Part shown: piece after piece, positions 62,570-64,000 of the stretch | Layout: each line of letters starts with the position of its first letter | Numbering within the stretch: position 1 is the stretch's first letter | NCBI RefSeq assembly: GCF_035594765.1 | Contig: NC_085844.1 | Coordinates: forward strand, 94,565,923-94,629,922 | Source: Anolis carolinensis | Taxonomy: Eukaryota | DNA: 64,000 nt | Direction of reading: 5' to 3' | The notes under the pieces: generated by a model | The model's database searches: none | Told to the model about the DNA's origin: nothing | The model's input: the letters and a program-made list of their open reading frames with translations, nothing else | Made by a program: the position numbers and the translations under genes

Positions 62570-63454
62570 TTAATATCCTTGGTTGTAGGGAGAAGGGGAA
62601 GTGTCTGAATGGCCTTCCAGGTACTCGTCTATTAGCTGGAATTTTGGATCTGAGAAATTGAGACTAAGCACTGAGATTGATTTAGTACTGATGGGACCTA
62701 ACTTGTTTCCTCCATTTAGGGGGCATCTCCTGGCATTCAGGATCCAGTCCTCCATTATGTCGGTTAATTGCTTAACCGTTGATTCTGCAGCTAGTCTGGC
62801 TACTTCAGGTTCACAGTCAGCTTGCCAATCTGGTGATCCAATACTGTCCTCATGTTCTTGGCTGGGGCAATTTCCTGGAGGTGCTGCAGTCAGAATCCCA
62901 AGCTCTACCAGACCCACCAAAGCTCCAATAGTAGCTTTTAGGTCAGACACTTCCCTTTGCAGCATATCCATTCTCAGAAATAAATTTTCTGCTGTCTGCT
63001 CTACTAGGAAGCATTGGTCTCGTATGAGGTCATGCAGTGAAGGGATGGTGTTCTCCGGTGGTATCGAGTCAAGTCTGCCAATCCTATCTTTTAGAGTGTT
63101 TATAATTTCTATGTAAGCAGCTGATTGTCTTTTCGATGGAGGTGGAGGGGTCAGTTCCATCAAACCTGGGTCAATGGACCAATTAGCAGCACCTTCATTA
63201 AGGGAAAGTCGAGCACTAGACGCAGCCTCATCGTCCTCATCCATTTTCTCTGCTGTTGTACAAATTGTCTTTGAAATACCTGCTCTGCCCAATGCAGTCA
63301 AGTTCATGAATTCAGGATCCAGCTGGTGTTCACTTGCTTCTGGTTCTTTCCCAGTGTTTTCTGGATCATAGTATTCTAGAATTGACTTCTGAACTAGGTT
63401 AGGCACAGTGTTGATAGTGGAGGCTTTGCGTAGCTGGGCCCTTGTAGAAACCAT
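62570..63454 (-). CDS. Uninterrupted 294-aa ORF of unknown function (PIP-box plus coiled coil); possible LINE ORF1 or gene derived from one
   Basis: Longest ORF in the window; ATG in strong Kozak context (AGGATGG); protein-like composition; QKSILEYY motif; heptad repeat at residues 158-183; no family recognised with certainty. Confidence 0.6.
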   Translation of the reverse strand: MVSTRAQLRKASTINTVPNLVQKSILEYYDPENTGKEPEASEHQLDPEFMNLTALGRAGISKTICTTAEKMDEDDEAASSARLSLNEGAANWSIDPGLMELTPPPPSKRQSAAYIEIINTLKDRIGRLDSIPPENTIPSLHDLIRDQCFLVEQTAENLFLRMDMLQREVSDLKATIGALVGLVELGILTAAPPGNCPSQEHEDSIGSPDWQADCEPEVARLAAESTVKQLTDIMEDWILNARRCPLNGGNKLGPISTKSISVLSLNFSDPKFQLIDEYLEGHSDTSPSPYNQGY

Positions 63455-63478
63455 CCTAGTGGATGAAAGCTTCTCAAG

Positions 63479-63620
63479 CTAACAAAACCAGAACAGGTCA
63501 GTCCTCCTGTACTTTGTGCCTTTTCCAACACATATGGCTCCCACTGAATGATTCAAGATACTAAAATGCTAGATTAAAAGATACTAAAATGGCAAAATAG
63601 TAAAGTCTAAAAAAAATTAC
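63479..63620 (-). other. Putative 142-nt 5'-UTR intron upstream of the 294-aa ORF
   Basis: Donor AG|GTAATT, branch point CTGAC (63497-63501), pyrimidine-rich ctgttctggttttgtTAG| acceptor 24 nt before the ATG. Confidence 0.45.
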
Positions 63621-64000
63621 CTAATGCAAGAAATGTTCCACGCCCAGATAGAAAGGGACCTGGATCTGCAGTCTCCTCTCAAGTAGTTCCAAAGGCAGCA
63701 ATAGAAGGGCTGGCTGGAGGTATTCTGACCCCTTCTGCAGCAGTGCAACAGACTCGCCAGGAACTTGCCCCTGTGGCCAGCAAACTTGGTGTTGACTTTC
63801 TTTAAGTTGTAAGTGTCCCGGAACTTCAAGCTCTGACTTGCTTGGTTGTTTCTTACACCTTCCTTTTTTCTTTCTCCTTCTTACTCTTCTTCAGCATTAG
63901 AGTAAGCTCACAGCAAACAAAAGCTTTTGACTCTGTGGCCACCACAAAACTGACTATACTAGCAGGTGAAAAACTAATTACAAGCAACTACTTGTAATAG

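Noticed and set aside
62601-63116. 171-aa plus-strand ORF
   Set aside because: Shadow of the 294-aa minus-strand ORF; GTG start and Ser-rich antisense composition

Overview
Vertebrate genomic DNA, about 38-40% GC by eye and CpG-depleted, with one assembly gap (3570-3705). The repeat content (Sauria SINEs, CR1, L2, L1, BovB/RTE, R4/Dong LINEs, hAT, Harbinger-like and Tc1/mariner MITEs, Helitrons, solo LTRs) points to a squamate reptile, probably Anolis (inference). I recognise no host protein-coding exon, so the window looks like a gene desert or a very large intron. It is densely layered with transposons and has several non-repetitive, motif-rich blocks that may be conserved enhancers (best at about 43.75-44.42 kb). 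The main candidate for something new is an uninterrupted 294-aa minus-strand ORF (62570-63454). It has a strong Kozak context, a canonical PCNA-interacting (PIP-box) motif, a coiled coil and a plausible 142-nt 5'-UTR intron, but no downstream ORF2: either an orphan gene or a co-opted LINE ORF1. Also notable: a solo LTR whose first ~430 nt are one reading frame ending in a CpG-decayed LRRSKRL motif; two Sauria SINEs sharing the same ~125-bp 5' extension; and two related Helitrons, one with a two-size minisatellite and one carrying the largest CpG-island-like segment of the window. Repeat family names come from recognising sequence by eye and need RepeatMasker/Dfam confirmation.
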